64,000 nt of DNA. Source: Wickerhamiella versatilis. Taxonomy: Eukaryota. How positions within the stretch are numbered: the stretch's first letter is position 1; each line of letters starts with the position of its first letter. Below are positions 1 through 11,029 of this stretch, piece by piece. The DNA is taken from NCBI GenBank assembly GCA_030867685.1, contig JAQOWU010000001.1:744001-808000 (forward strand). The letters run 5' to 3'. The notes beneath the pieces were generated by a model. That model saw nothing but the letters and a program-made list of their open reading frames with translations, was not told the DNA's origin and ran no database searches. The position numbers and the translations under genes were made by a program.

Positions 1-279
1 TTAAGGAGAGATCAGTGCTTTCAGATAAAATAAAGCTGAGGTATTATATCCAATTACGCCACGGTCTAGAGGTATATTAATTCAAGAAAGATACTTGAAA
101 CAGATTTATCGTTCTAGATTAGATTAGACAATAATCATTGGAAGAAACGAAATTGAGTTGTTTCAAAGAAATATGACCTAAAAAGGAATCCTTATATTTT
201 CGAATATCTGAGGTAGCAGCAATTCACCGGAAAGACTGTTTATGACTTATTACTACTGAGAAACCCAATTTATTCACGA

Positions 280-1137
280 CTAAATCTTAAGAGTGTCAAA
301 GTCGGACTCACTATGCCGTTCAGTCAGGCCAGGTGGATCACTAAATGGCTTGTTCACTGCTAGACCTTTCCTGACAGCCGGGCGCTTAAGAAGCTTATCA
401 CTCCATGCTTTGACGTGTGGGTATTCATGGACGCTTAGGAACTCACCAGCTCCATAAAGACGACCTTCAACCAACTGACCAACCCACGGTACAGTTGCGA
501 TATCAGCGATAGTGTACTCATCTCCTGCAATATAGGGAACTTCCTTAAGTCTTCTTTCGAGGACATCAAGTAATCTCTTTGTCTCAAGAGCATACCTGTT
601 AATAGCATATTCAATTTTGACTGGAGCGTAGGCATAGAAATGACCGAAACCGCCACCAATGAAAGGCGCACTTCCTACCTGCCAGAAAAGCCAATTTAGC
701 GTTTCCGTACGATTGGCTATATCCTTGGGCAGGAAAGCGCCAAACTTCTCTGCTAGATACAAGAGTATAGAGCCTGATTCGAATATGCGAAGAGGACTGT
801 CAGTGTTGCTTCGATCAACCAAAGCTGGAATCTTTGAATTCGGATTGATATCCACAAATCCACTGCTAAATTGATCGCCCTGGCCGATGTTGATAAGCCA
901 AGCATCATAATCTGCATCCTTGTATCCAAGAGAAAGTAGCTCCTCGAGGAGAATTGTCACTTTAGCACCATTAGGAGTCCCCAAAGAATACAATTGTAGA
1001 GGATGTTCTCCAATTGGCAGTTCTTTGTCGTGAGTGGGTCCAGCCGTAGGTCTGTTAATGTTGGCAAACTTACCGCCACCTGACTTGTCCCATTTCCAGA
1101 CCTTCGGTGGAACATATTCTCCGTGACTTGTACTCAT
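280..1137 (-). CDS. yghU: YghU-type glutathione S-transferase / GSH-dependent disulfide-bond oxidoreductase (bacterial type)
   Basis: YVPPKVWKWDKSGGGKFANINRP, LQLYSLGTPNG, NPNSKIPAL, FESGSILLYLAEKFG and ERHSESDF closely follow E. coli YghU as recalled; start moved to ATG 1137 (MSTSHG) to match homolog length. Confidence 0.9.
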   Translation of the reverse strand: MSTSHGEYVPPKVWKWDKSGGGKFANINRPTAGPTHDKELPIGEHPLQLYSLGTPNGAKVTILLEELLSLGYKDADYDAWLINIGQGDQFSSGFVDINPNSKIPALVDRSNTDSPLRIFESGSILLYLAEKFGAFLPKDIANRTETLNWLFWQVGSAPFIGGGFGHFYAYAPVKIEYAINRYALETKRLLDVLERRLKEVPYIAGDEYTIADIATVPWVGQLVEGRLYGAGEFLSVHEYPHVKAWSDKLLKRPAVRKGLAVNKPFSDPPGLTERHSESDFDTLKI

Positions 1138-1743
1138 GTTGGTTTTAGATATCAGGCTTCTTCCAACGAAACTGATCAGATATTTATGTCGAGTTGCTGT
1201 GCTGATGTGATTGCACGTTGGGACGATGATGTGATGTGGGCGTCTAAGCATTATATTAGCGATCTTAGACGTATATTGTGTAATCTGTAATCTGGCAGGC
1301 CCGAATGGTTAGTTAGCTTTATAGTTCAGCCAAAACTCAGCGGTGACTCCTTACAAATAATCCAAATAATCCACATTGTCAAGCCCACTACCGTAAGATG
1401 ACTTCACCCTTAGCGCTTGATTAGGTATACCATACTGAGACTGATAATTCCAAGATGTATCTCACATTTATATCAATGCTAGAAAATTTTGACAAAGTTC
1501 TTTCTCGAAATCACTTATCATAAGCAAGCTTGATAGTCCTAGTCATCTAAATATATTGCTGACTCATCATGTTTTACTGTGGCTAATATAAGACAAAGTT
1601 GCTAAACATTTCAAGGATATATAGGTTTTCCATCAAACGCACTGGCTGCTCTGAACTTTGTATCAGGTACTTCCGACACAATTTAACTATACAATTCTGT
1701 ATACGTAAACAAAACTCAGCAAATGTGTCATCAGGTGTGAGTA

Positions 1744-3411
1744 ATGGATTGGGCACGAGCGGACCGGTGGCATTCGCCATCATCACGCGAGGAGTCTGAG
1801 GAGCCTGTGCATCTAGGGAGGCATAGCGATGATTCCCTAGCAATTGAGCAAACGTTTTCCGACAATGCTAGGATTGAACGAATAGCATCAAATGCCTCCA
1901 GTGCCACAGGAAAGCTGTATCGACAACTTTCGCACCACCCTTTAGACGATTCTGGTGCACAAGACGCAAGAGAATTGGAAAAGCCAGGACATAATGAAGT
2001 CGACTATCCAGAGGGTGACTTCATTCGGATAAATATTAATGACAACAAACATCCTTATACCTGGAGTACATTGAAAAAGATAGCACACACAAGTGCTTAT
2101 GGTTGGACTACTTTTACTACACAATTCACTGCCTCAATCCTTGCTCCTTGCATTCATCAGATGGCATCAGAATTTCATACCGGTGATGAAGTAGGAATGT
2201 TAGGCTTCTCGATTATTTTAATTGGGAATTCTCTAGGTCCCTTATTCTTTGCGCCGCTGAGCGAAATTTACGGCCGGAAGCTTGGGGTTTTTGTACCTTG
2301 TTTTATATCAGGAATCTTTATGTTGTTTACTGCTAATGTGACAAGTATTCCGGCAGTGGTAGTGTTTCGCTTTATAGCTGGATTTTTCTCCGCCGCGCCA
2401 ATTGTTACGGCTGGAGGTGCCCTAGCCGATCTTTGGGCACCAAAACATCGTGCTGCAGCTATGGCATTTTACTCCACAACCATTACTATCGGAAGTGGAT
2501 CTTCCCCTGTGTTAGGTGCGTTGCTTACCTCAACTGGTGGTTATGGATGGAGATGGGCGTGCTGGTTGGGTGGTCTGCTTCAAGTTTCGGTAGCTTTGGT
2601 AAACTTATTACTGCTCAGCGAAAGCTATTTGCCGGTACTAGAGTCGCGGGAGGCAAAGCGCCTCAGGCTCGAAACTGGCTATTGGTCGCTGCACTGTGAC
2701 AGTGATGAATGGAGACTCACAGCTGGGGAATTCATTCATGTTCACTTTGCAAGGCCTGTATACTTGTTCATAACGCCCATAATTTTTTTGATGGTTAATT
2801 ACAGCTCTTTCGTTTTTGGGGTTTTCTTTCTCGTTATTTCTTCGGTCGGAGACTTATTTGAAGAATACCATGACTTTGCCTTTGTTACATCATACCTGCC
2901 GCTTTTTGCTGTCACACTTGGATTTGCCCTGGGAAGTGTAATCAACGTTATCGGGTCCACACGGTATGCAAGACTTACTGACAAACTAGGGCGTAAAGCC
3001 GATCCGGAAGAGAGACTTGTGAGCATGATGGGTCTATCCTGGACCATGCCTGCAGGCTGCTTTATCTATGGTTGGACATTATATCAGCATGTGCACTGGA
3101 TCACGAGCTGTGTTGGACTTTTGCTGGTTGGTGCTGGCTTGGCAGTCATCTTTCAGGGCTGCTTAGTGTATATGATCGACTCCTATCCCAGGTTTGGCGC
3201 TAGCGCTATTGCTACAAATACTTTTGTGCGCAGTATTTATGCTGGAGTTTTTCCATTATTTGCCAGGCAAATGTATAGCGGGATTGGCCCCCACTGGGGA
3301 AATTCCTTACTGGGATTTGTTTCGCTTGCAGCAGTACCAATTCCGTGGATTTTCTTCAAATATGGTCCAAAAATACGACAAAAGAGTCGATATGACGACT
3401 TTTTAACTTAA
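1744..3411 (+). CDS. MFS drug:H+ antiporter, DHA1 family (TPO/FLR1-like)
   Basis: Hydrophilic N-tail then ~12 TM segments; motifs PYTWSTLKK, GPLFFAPLSEIYGRK, ESYLPVL, PEERL. Confidence 0.85.
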   Translation: MDWARADRWHSPSSREESEEPVHLGRHSDDSLAIEQTFSDNARIERIASNASSATGKLYRQLSHHPLDDSGAQDARELEKPGHNEVDYPEGDFIRININDNKHPYTWSTLKKIAHTSAYGWTTFTTQFTASILAPCIHQMASEFHTGDEVGMLGFSIILIGNSLGPLFFAPLSEIYGRKLGVFVPCFISGIFMLFTANVTSIPAVVVFRFIAGFFSAAPIVTAGGALADLWAPKHRAAAMAFYSTTITIGSGSSPVLGALLTSTGGYGWRWACWLGGLLQVSVALVNLLLLSESYLPVLESREAKRLRLETGYWSLHCDSDEWRLTAGEFIHVHFARPVYLFITPIIFLMVNYSSFVFGVFFLVISSVGDLFEEYHDFAFVTSYLPLFAVTLGFALGSVINVIGSTRYARLTDKLGRKADPEERLVSMMGLSWTMPAGCFIYGWTLYQHVHWITSCVGLLLVGAGLAVIFQGCLVYMIDSYPRFGASAIATNTFVRSIYAGVFPLFARQMYSGIGPHWGNSLLGFVSLAAVPIPWIFFKYGPKIRQKSRYDDFLT

Positions 3412-3686
3412 TCTCGCCCGAAAAGACAATATTATCATATTTATTGCCATTAGAAAATGGAGCATATCTCTGTGTCCACTCGACATTTTTTTTCTCTCTG
3501 TGTATAGGTGAATTTTTATGTCTGTAGCTCGTAATAATCCAATCTTGATATCATCAAGTCTTATCGTGTAAGATTGAGTTCCTTCACTTTATATTTTAAA
3601 ACGTTGAGGGTGCGCAGCAGCCAAGAGTCATCTCATCCACTTGGAAGTCACTGCTGACATATCTTGTCATTTCGTGTTATCTCTCC

Positions 3687-6143
3687 ATGAGACGAATGGG
3701 GCTTAAAGCACCTTCAGCGCTTTTTTCGGCTGTAGTGCGTGGGTTTGCGTCTAAAGTGACGCAGTCTGCGGCAGCTGGTACTGGTATGCATAATGGGTTT
3801 GATCCTAAAAGTGTTGAAAATCTCAGTACACGAGAACGCGATATTGTTGAGAAACGTCAGAAGCTCCTCGGGCCATCTTATCAACTAATGTATGAGCGGC
3901 CTGTCGAGATTGTTCGCGGTAAGGATGTTTACATGTACGATAATGATGGAAATCCGTATCTGGACTGTTACAACAATGTAGTATCAGTAGGCCACTGCAA
4001 CCCTCGGGTTATCGAGGCTGTTACGAAACAGATGTCCACTTTAAACACTCATACACGCTATATGGGTGAGAATATTTTGAACTATTCTGCTCAACTTCTG
4101 TCTACTTTTGAAAAAGAGCTTGGTCGTGTTATGTACACATGCAGCGCTAGTGAGGCAGTAGATCTTGCTTTAAGGGTAGCGAAATTCAACTCGGGGGGTA
4201 CTGGTATCATTGTGACTGATTATGCTTATCATGGCACAACAGACCGTGTTGCCGCAATTTCATCCACCGGCGGTAAGTATGTACCACTGGACGTTGCTGT
4301 CCGCACTGTGCGTGCGCCCGACTCATACCGCTGTGATGATGTTGAACAGCGTTTGGCAGATGATATAGAGGCAGCAATAGCTGATATGGAGAGACATGGT
4401 ATTAAGTTCGCTGGATTCATAGCAGATATGGTCTTCAGCACAGACGGTCTGCTCACAGAGCCTTGTGGATTTCTCAAGAAAGCCCGAGAGGTTGTGCACA
4501 AGCATGGTGGTATATTCATTGCTGATGAAGTTCAACCAGGCTTTGGTCGTACAGGTACACACATGTGGGGCTACCAGCGTCATGGAATAGTGCCTGACCT
4601 GGTCGTGATGGGAAAGCCGATGGGTAATGGTATCCCCATTGCTGCCATGGTAGCGCGTCCGGAGCTTTTGGAAGAGTTCGGTGATAAGATCCGTTACTTC
4701 AATACTTTTGCAGGCAACCCCGTCTCAATTGCTGCGGCACAGGCAGTGCTCGATGAGATTCAGGGTGGACTTTTGGAGAACTGTCGTGAAGTTGGTGAAT
4801 ATTTGCTTAACGGCTTTCGAGAAATATCTGCTGAATATCCAGAATGTATCGGTGACGTACGTGGCGCTGGTATGTATTTTGCCGTGGAGTATGTCAAGGA
4901 TCCGATCTCCAAAACACCTGACAGTGAATTGGCAGCCAAGGTAGTTAGTGAACTACGAGATCGTCGAATTCTTATAAGCACCAGTGGTCCCGAAGGAAAT
5001 TCACTCAAGATCAGACCTCTTATTTGCTTCAAGAAAGAGCATGCTGATCAACTCCTTAATGGCTTTGCTGAAACAATGGAGAAACTATGCGGCAAACCAC
5101 ATGATCCTGTAGATACTCTTGGTGCGACAGCAGCAAAGCAAGCCTTACTTAGCCCTGAAGTAGCTATTTACACGTTGAAAAATTATTACGGAATTGATGC
5201 TGTGGAAGCTAAAAAACTAGGAAGCGAGAGAGATCAGACATTCCGTATAACAGTTTCAGACGGAAGTAGGGTGCTCGCAAAATTTGCGCATCCTGCGGAG
5301 GACAGATTGGTGACGAATCTTCAGACTTCTATTTTGCGGTATATTGAAGAGAAAGATCCATCTCTTGGCGTCCCCAGAGTAATTCCGGCACTTTCAGGTG
5401 AGCTTGAGCCATACATAGACTGTGAGGGCCAGATGCGCACGGTAGTGCTTCATTCCTTTGTTGAAGGTACCATGCTCTTGGATGCACCACATTCAGTACG
5501 CCAGAGCTACAATCTGGGAGTGGAGGCAGGAAAACTTGCTAAGGCTTTGGAAGGATTCAGGCATCCAAAGCAGGATCTTGTATTATCTTGGGACCTTCAG
5601 CATGCCTCTCTACTTCGTTCCTATATGAACCTTGTTGAAAGTCCAGAGAATTATCGGAAACTTGAGCTTTGCATCGAAAACTTTGAAAGAGAAGTAAAGC
5701 CGCGCTTAGGCTCGCTAAGGAAGCGGGTTGTTCACAATGATCACAGCTTCCATAATGCTTTTGTCAACCCTGAAGCTCCTGATGAAATTGTGGGAGTTAT
5801 AGATTTTGGTGATGCCGTATCAACTCAGGTCATCAATGATGTAGCTATTGGCGCCTATTATCAACTAGGTGTTGGTGGATTGCTCGATGGTGCTTTGGCA
5901 TTTGCCCGGGGATACAATGATGTAGTGCCCTTGAGTAAGGAGGAGCGAGGTCTTCTTTTCGATCTGATCTTGACACGACTCTTTGTGAGCATCATCAATG
6001 GACTTTGGCGGGCCCATGAGGCACCTGAGAATAAGGACTACCTGTTGCGACTAGCAGGTCATGATTGGAAGCATCTAGATGCTCTTATGTCTTTGAGACC
6101 TGAAGAAGGACGGGAGAAGTTTGCTAGTTTAGGTGAACACTAA
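3687..6143 (+). CDS. Fusion: class-III PLP aminotransferase/phospho-lyase (N) + APH/hydroxylysine-kinase-like phosphotransferase (C), with putative mitochondrial presequence
   Basis: N domain: YLDCYNNV, LNTHTRY, FIADEVQPGFGRTG, MGKPMGNG, LKIRP. C domain: GSERDQTF, HNDHSFHN, GVIDFGD. Arg/Ala/Ser-rich, acid-free 33-aa N-extension. Confidence 0.85.
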   Translation: MRRMGLKAPSALFSAVVRGFASKVTQSAAAGTGMHNGFDPKSVENLSTRERDIVEKRQKLLGPSYQLMYERPVEIVRGKDVYMYDNDGNPYLDCYNNVVSVGHCNPRVIEAVTKQMSTLNTHTRYMGENILNYSAQLLSTFEKELGRVMYTCSASEAVDLALRVAKFNSGGTGIIVTDYAYHGTTDRVAAISSTGGKYVPLDVAVRTVRAPDSYRCDDVEQRLADDIEAAIADMERHGIKFAGFIADMVFSTDGLLTEPCGFLKKAREVVHKHGGIFIADEVQPGFGRTGTHMWGYQRHGIVPDLVVMGKPMGNGIPIAAMVARPELLEEFGDKIRYFNTFAGNPVSIAAAQAVLDEIQGGLLENCREVGEYLLNGFREISAEYPECIGDVRGAGMYFAVEYVKDPISKTPDSELAAKVVSELRDRRILISTSGPEGNSLKIRPLICFKKEHADQLLNGFAETMEKLCGKPHDPVDTLGATAAKQALLSPEVAIYTLKNYYGIDAVEAKKLGSERDQTFRITVSDGSRVLAKFAHPAEDRLVTNLQTSILRYIEEKDPSLGVPRVIPALSGELEPYIDCEGQMRTVVLHSFVEGTMLLDAPHSVRQSYNLGVEAGKLAKALEGFRHPKQDLVLSWDLQHASLLRSYMNLVESPENYRKLELCIENFEREVKPRLGSLRKRVVHNDHSFHNAFVNPEAPDEIVGVIDFGDAVSTQVINDVAIGAYYQLGVGGLLDGALAFARGYNDVVPLSKEERGLLFDLILTRLFVSIINGLWRAHEAPENKDYLLRLAGHDWKHLDALMSLRPEEGREKFASLGEH

Positions 6144-6688
6144 AGTCTAGATTTTCAGCGAATAAAATAGCTTAGTGTATTAATTGCTGCTATTATATTT
6201 AGTCAGTGATAAACGAGACTGTCAACATTAAAAACTATTTCAACGGCCATAATGATTGGCTATGAACATGCGCCAATAGAAAAGAGCATCAGACCCGGTG
6301 TCTTTGATCTGACACTAGTATCCATTACTATTCTTGCAAATTGCACCCAAAAGTGAGTATATCATGGTTGAGTTGCTCATCACGGAAATAATCTATAAGA
6401 AACGTAAGATACTGAATTCGACAGCTATAAGACATGGAAGCAAATTGGCAGGTAGTCCATCCATAATAATATTAAAATGTGGTTTAGGATATTTATCAGT
6501 CTCTACAGTGTATATTGCGGATCTCTACTAAATGCTATATGATATTAAGTCTCGCAGACGGTAGGTAGGAATCAGAAAATGCTGGCACGCGCTGACAAAA
6601 TATTCGTGATTTTCAACATCTTTTCTAGATAAGAAAGATCAATTGTTGCCCCATATACTATAAGCTTATTTTCTTCATTTATATGCTA

Positions 6689-8188
6689 TTATGACGTTTC
6701 ACTTTCCGTCTTCCGCACAAACCACCCTTCAGATGTATCCTCAGTATCATTCCACTCGCCATCTTCAGACTTACTGAGTGGGTCACATTGAGCCTGGAGT
6801 CTCTTTTCACGGATTCGGTCAACCATCCATCCGGATGTTTTCTTTCTATAACCACCCTTTTGATTTGAATTTACAGCGATACCTCGAAAAACTACTCCAA
6901 GTTCAAGCTGGCAACGACTATCTTCAAACACCCAGAGAAGGCAGTCACTATGCAATTCGCAAGTCGCTCTGCAGTCTTCTTTCGTTCCAGCAGGGTCTAA
7001 GTTCTCCGGTCGCTCGGAATTAACATCGTAAACCATTGATGTTCTATCCTCCCAGATACCACTTTTGTGGCCTGCGACAGCGTCCCAGTTTTCACGTTCT
7101 GGGACCACAAAAGGAAGGATAATATCCCGATAGATCTGTGAGAATGATACATCTCCGTGATTTATAGGTAAATTTCGTTCGTAATCGTACAACTCGTCAA
7201 CCTCTCGAGGGATTAAATGATGCCAGCTGTAATACGGCAGACACCAGCCATTGGGTCCTACAGCAACATCTCTTAATGTAGATCCCTGGAACGGATTGTC
7301 ATAGCTTGGATACCGTCCCCACGGCATATCGACCAGAAACTCCCCAAGATACTCATACAGCATGATGCCCACAAGAGCATCTCCACAACAGTGTCCGGCA
7401 CCGCGTACCATACTCTTTTCAACAACAGCATCCAACTGGGACCTATCAGAATGAGGGTCTTCTCCGAATAGCCGAGCCATTGCACCTCGGCTAAGGGCTA
7501 CCCCGGACCCACCGTGTGCAAAGGGTATCTTGACATACTCACCATTCAAATTATATGCCTCAGTCTCCCAATCGGCAGCTCTACCCACATACACAGGCTC
7601 GTTATGGTCATATTTTTTCAGAAATTTCAACAGGCCTCGTTGGAAAACGTACGTGTCCGCATCCATGAAAAAAAACCATTCGGTATCTTCGGGGGCAGTA
7701 AGCCAGGCATGTGCAAGCATGGGAATATTCTTGAATCTGTCGAGCTTCCAACCATCATATTTTCTTAGACCGTCTAAATCCCACATCCACTGCTCATCTT
7801 GAGACCTGCGGAGCACAAAATAGTCTCTCAGATATGACTTATGTCGCTCTAAGAGTTCTTCCGGCATCCATTTAAATATATCAATAACATCAATTCCACA
7901 TATGTTGGTTTCGATATCAGCGTAAACTGCATGATGCGGCCACCGAGATAGCGTAGATCGAATATGGGCCGGTAATCTACTGCGAATTACTGTCGCACCA
8001 CTCTTGAGCATTAGGAATACCTTATCGGCATATGGATCCAGCGGGCCGTCACTGGGGGAAGAAGTGTTTGACAGAAATCTTTGCAACGGCACCTGCTGCA
8101 GATCCGTATGTGCTTGGGATGGCAAGAACATAAATATCAGCAATGAAATGAAGAGAGCAGCTAGTATAGCAGGGCGTCGACCAAACAT
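6689..8188 (-). CDS. Glycosyltransferase family 31 (fringe-like), type II membrane protein
   Basis: N-terminal TM anchor, WFFFMDADTYV (DxD), YVGR, FAHGGSGVALS, CCGD; first ATG at 8188 (the track start is TTG). Confidence 0.8.
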   Translation of the reverse strand: MFGRRPAILAALFISLLIFMFLPSQAHTDLQQVPLQRFLSNTSSPSDGPLDPYADKVFLMLKSGATVIRSRLPAHIRSTLSRWPHHAVYADIETNICGIDVIDIFKWMPEELLERHKSYLRDYFVLRRSQDEQWMWDLDGLRKYDGWKLDRFKNIPMLAHAWLTAPEDTEWFFFMDADTYVFQRGLLKFLKKYDHNEPVYVGRAADWETEAYNLNGEYVKIPFAHGGSGVALSRGAMARLFGEDPHSDRSQLDAVVEKSMVRGAGHCCGDALVGIMLYEYLGEFLVDMPWGRYPSYDNPFQGSTLRDVAVGPNGWCLPYYSWHHLIPREVDELYDYERNLPINHGDVSFSQIYRDIILPFVVPERENWDAVAGHKSGIWEDRTSMVYDVNSERPENLDPAGTKEDCRATCELHSDCLLWVFEDSRCQLELGVVFRGIAVNSNQKGGYRKKTSGWMVDRIREKRLQAQCDPLSKSEDGEWNDTEDTSEGWFVRKTESETS

Positions 8189-9354
8189 ATCGAGAAGTAA
8201 TGTCTGTGACAATGAGATCTTACTAGTGCAACACCAAACCAGCTGAACTCGGATTTACGGGGCAACCGGCAGGGCTGTGCATCGAACCCTTAGCCTAGGT
8301 CATGGATTTCTGAAGTGATTTTTCTGGCGTAAAAATATTTTTTTGGCTTAAACGGGTAAAAAAAAGTTCTGAATTAGTCCTATGATGCTATAGACATTAT
8401 TTTCTGTCCTGAACACCTCCGTTCCTGTACTTTACCCCAGTAAATTATAAAATGCCCTAGTAAATTATAAAGTTTGAGAATGACTCTAATTCTCACGTTT
8501 ATTAAAACAAAATACTTTCGATAATAGTTCACATCAATGAGCCGGCATATTTCCTGTACCGCTACATGTAGCTTACCCCTGGCATTACCCAAAACGTGGC
8601 TCAGCTCGATATTAGGGGATTTGCTGTCGCAGAACGACTGGGATAGAAAGCGCGTAAGTTTCCGCGGACAGAATGGGGTTTAAACATATGTTGATATTCA
8701 TGGGTATTCCTACTATATCGAATATACAAGGCATGATTAGGCTTATCATTGTCAAAAACTGAATCAAGTGAAAGTAAATCATACTCAAGCTATATAGAAC
8801 TGCCTCTCGAAGATAGGACTAGTAATACCCTTTGAGTCTTTCGCTGGTAAATTATAAGGTAATTCATTTTCTTGTATCTAATAGGTGTCAAGAAGCGTAC
8901 AATACGTCGGACGTACTTACCCAAGTTTCGGACTTACATACCCATGCGGATAGATAATTTGTCGATATGATTAATATTTTATTAATGGGCCATTTCATGT
9001 TAAACAGGTTAACATACTAAGGGCCCAAAGCCAGTAGATTAATTCTCTTTGCTAGGATAATATTTTCGTGAGATCAATATGGCCAGTGCGCCTGGTTTTT
9101 TACGTCACTAGAACGTCTGACTGAAAAAGTAGATAATGAATGATAACACCGAGATAGTTATGAGCTTTCGACCATAATAATTCCAAAATACGTTATTTTA
9201 ATTTTCCGAAAGTTATCGTACAGTTTACCTCGTTGTGGCTAGATTTACGAATGATCCCCACATATATCAAGATAGTTTATCGGATCATTTAGTCAGCTGA
9301 AAAGTTTAAAGTAACTTTCTGTCTTGAAACCTAAATTTTGGCGGTAATCTCGTT

Positions 9355-10842
9355 ATGGCTAGATTTACGGACCCGGGATTTTTCGCAAAAAACCCGAGTT
9401 TTGAGTATGTCTTTATTTTAAGTGCAATGGCAGGCCAATTACTCGTTCAGTCCGTTAGCGCCAATGTGCTTCCCATAACGAGAATTATAGAAACCCATTT
9501 TGGGACTTCGGAATACGATTCTTCATGGTTTATGGCCAGTGCTGGTCTTGGAATCGGTACTATAATACTACCAAGCGGTTCCATCGGAGACAAATACGGT
9601 CTCAAGAATGCCATAGTTGGGGGCTACATTTGGGCAATAATCTGGAGTTTGCTTTGTGGTCTTAGCTATTATGTACAATATGAGTTCTTTATCGTTTGTC
9701 GTACATTCCAGGGTTGTGGATTAGCATTTGTTCTCCCGAACATTATGGGCGCCATAGGAAGAGTATACACACCGAAAACTAGAAGGAAAAACATGGTTTT
9801 TTCCGTGGTTGCTTTATGTGCACCTATTGGTGGGGTTCTTGGTCCCCTTTTTGCTGGCCTGATAGGAACTATGACCCTGAGATGGGATTGGGCATACTAT
9901 TCATTTGCAATAGCACTGTTATTAGCTCTGCTGCTAACTATTATTGCAATTCCTGATATACCTAAAAATGAAAACAACCATGTTGACTGGTTGGGGGGTT
10001 TCCTCGGTGTTGCTGTATTAACATTATTGAATTTCGTGTGGAACCAAGCCCCTGGAGCGGGTTGGAGCAATCCATATATAATTGTGCTCCTTATTGTAAG
10101 TATTCTGCTTATCCCTTTATTCATATGCTACGAGCTTATGTGGGCTAGACATCCGATGATACCCCGCGAAGTCCTGCTAAATTCACGACTTATGCTTGTG
10201 CTCGCATGTGTGCTTATTGGCTGGGGAACTTTCGGCGTAAAGATGTTTAGTATTGTGTCGTTCTTGAGAGACTTTCGCAATTACACACCACTGGCTCAGG
10301 GTGCAGCATTTGTTCCCAGTATACCTCTGGGTGCTATAGCCGCATTGTCATGTGGTACACTTCTTTCTTTGAATATTCCAGTAAGCTGGCTCTTATTTTT
10401 TTCGATGCTTGGTTTTGTAGGAAGCGATATCATTCTGGCAACTGCCCCAGTACACGAGGTTTACTGGAGGTCTTTTTTAGGGTTGTGGTTTTTGGCGGTC
10501 CTAGGAGTGGACTGGAGTTTCCCAGCCTCCACAATTTTGATGAGTGATACCCTACCCTCAAACCTCCAGGGACTAGCAGGATCTCTTGTGTCAACCGCGG
10601 TCAACTATGGAATTTCGTTATGGCTGGGTATCGGTGCTAATGTTTACTACCAGCTTGAGGACTCTGGGCTGACCCGACTGCAATCTTGGAGAGGTGAAAT
10701 GTATTTCTCTGTGGGTTCTTCTGGCCTTTGCGTGATTATTTCGTTAGCTCTTCTTGTGCAATTCTACTTGGAGAGACGGAAGCACCATGCTCCCGAGACT
10801 GTTGAAAAGGAGTGTATTGGTATTGAAAAAGAAATTGCATAG
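9355..10842 (+). CDS. MFS transporter, DHA2 family (ATR1/AMF1-like)
   Basis: ~14 hydrophobic segments; GSIGDKYGLK, RTFQGCG, DWLGG, WNQAP..GW, QGLAGSLVST. Confidence 0.8.
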   Translation: MARFTDPGFFAKNPSFEYVFILSAMAGQLLVQSVSANVLPITRIIETHFGTSEYDSSWFMASAGLGIGTIILPSGSIGDKYGLKNAIVGGYIWAIIWSLLCGLSYYVQYEFFIVCRTFQGCGLAFVLPNIMGAIGRVYTPKTRRKNMVFSVVALCAPIGGVLGPLFAGLIGTMTLRWDWAYYSFAIALLLALLLTIIAIPDIPKNENNHVDWLGGFLGVAVLTLLNFVWNQAPGAGWSNPYIIVLLIVSILLIPLFICYELMWARHPMIPREVLLNSRLMLVLACVLIGWGTFGVKMFSIVSFLRDFRNYTPLAQGAAFVPSIPLGAIAALSCGTLLSLNIPVSWLLFFSMLGFVGSDIILATAPVHEVYWRSFLGLWFLAVLGVDWSFPASTILMSDTLPSNLQGLAGSLVSTAVNYGISLWLGIGANVYYQLEDSGLTRLQSWRGEMYFSVGSSGLCVIISLALLVQFYLERRKHHAPETVEKECIGIEKEIA

Positions 10843-11029
10843 ATTTTATGGTGGGTACCTGTCAAATAACAATAATATTGCTGGGACTAATTTGGGCGGA
10901 CCGAAGATGCAACATGGTCAGGTGCATAATCATTTATTTATTAATTTAACTAGTTTTAATTAGCAACTTGTATTATACAAAGCATAGACAAAAAACCTTC
11001 AATAAAACACCGATTCTTTCGCCATGAAG

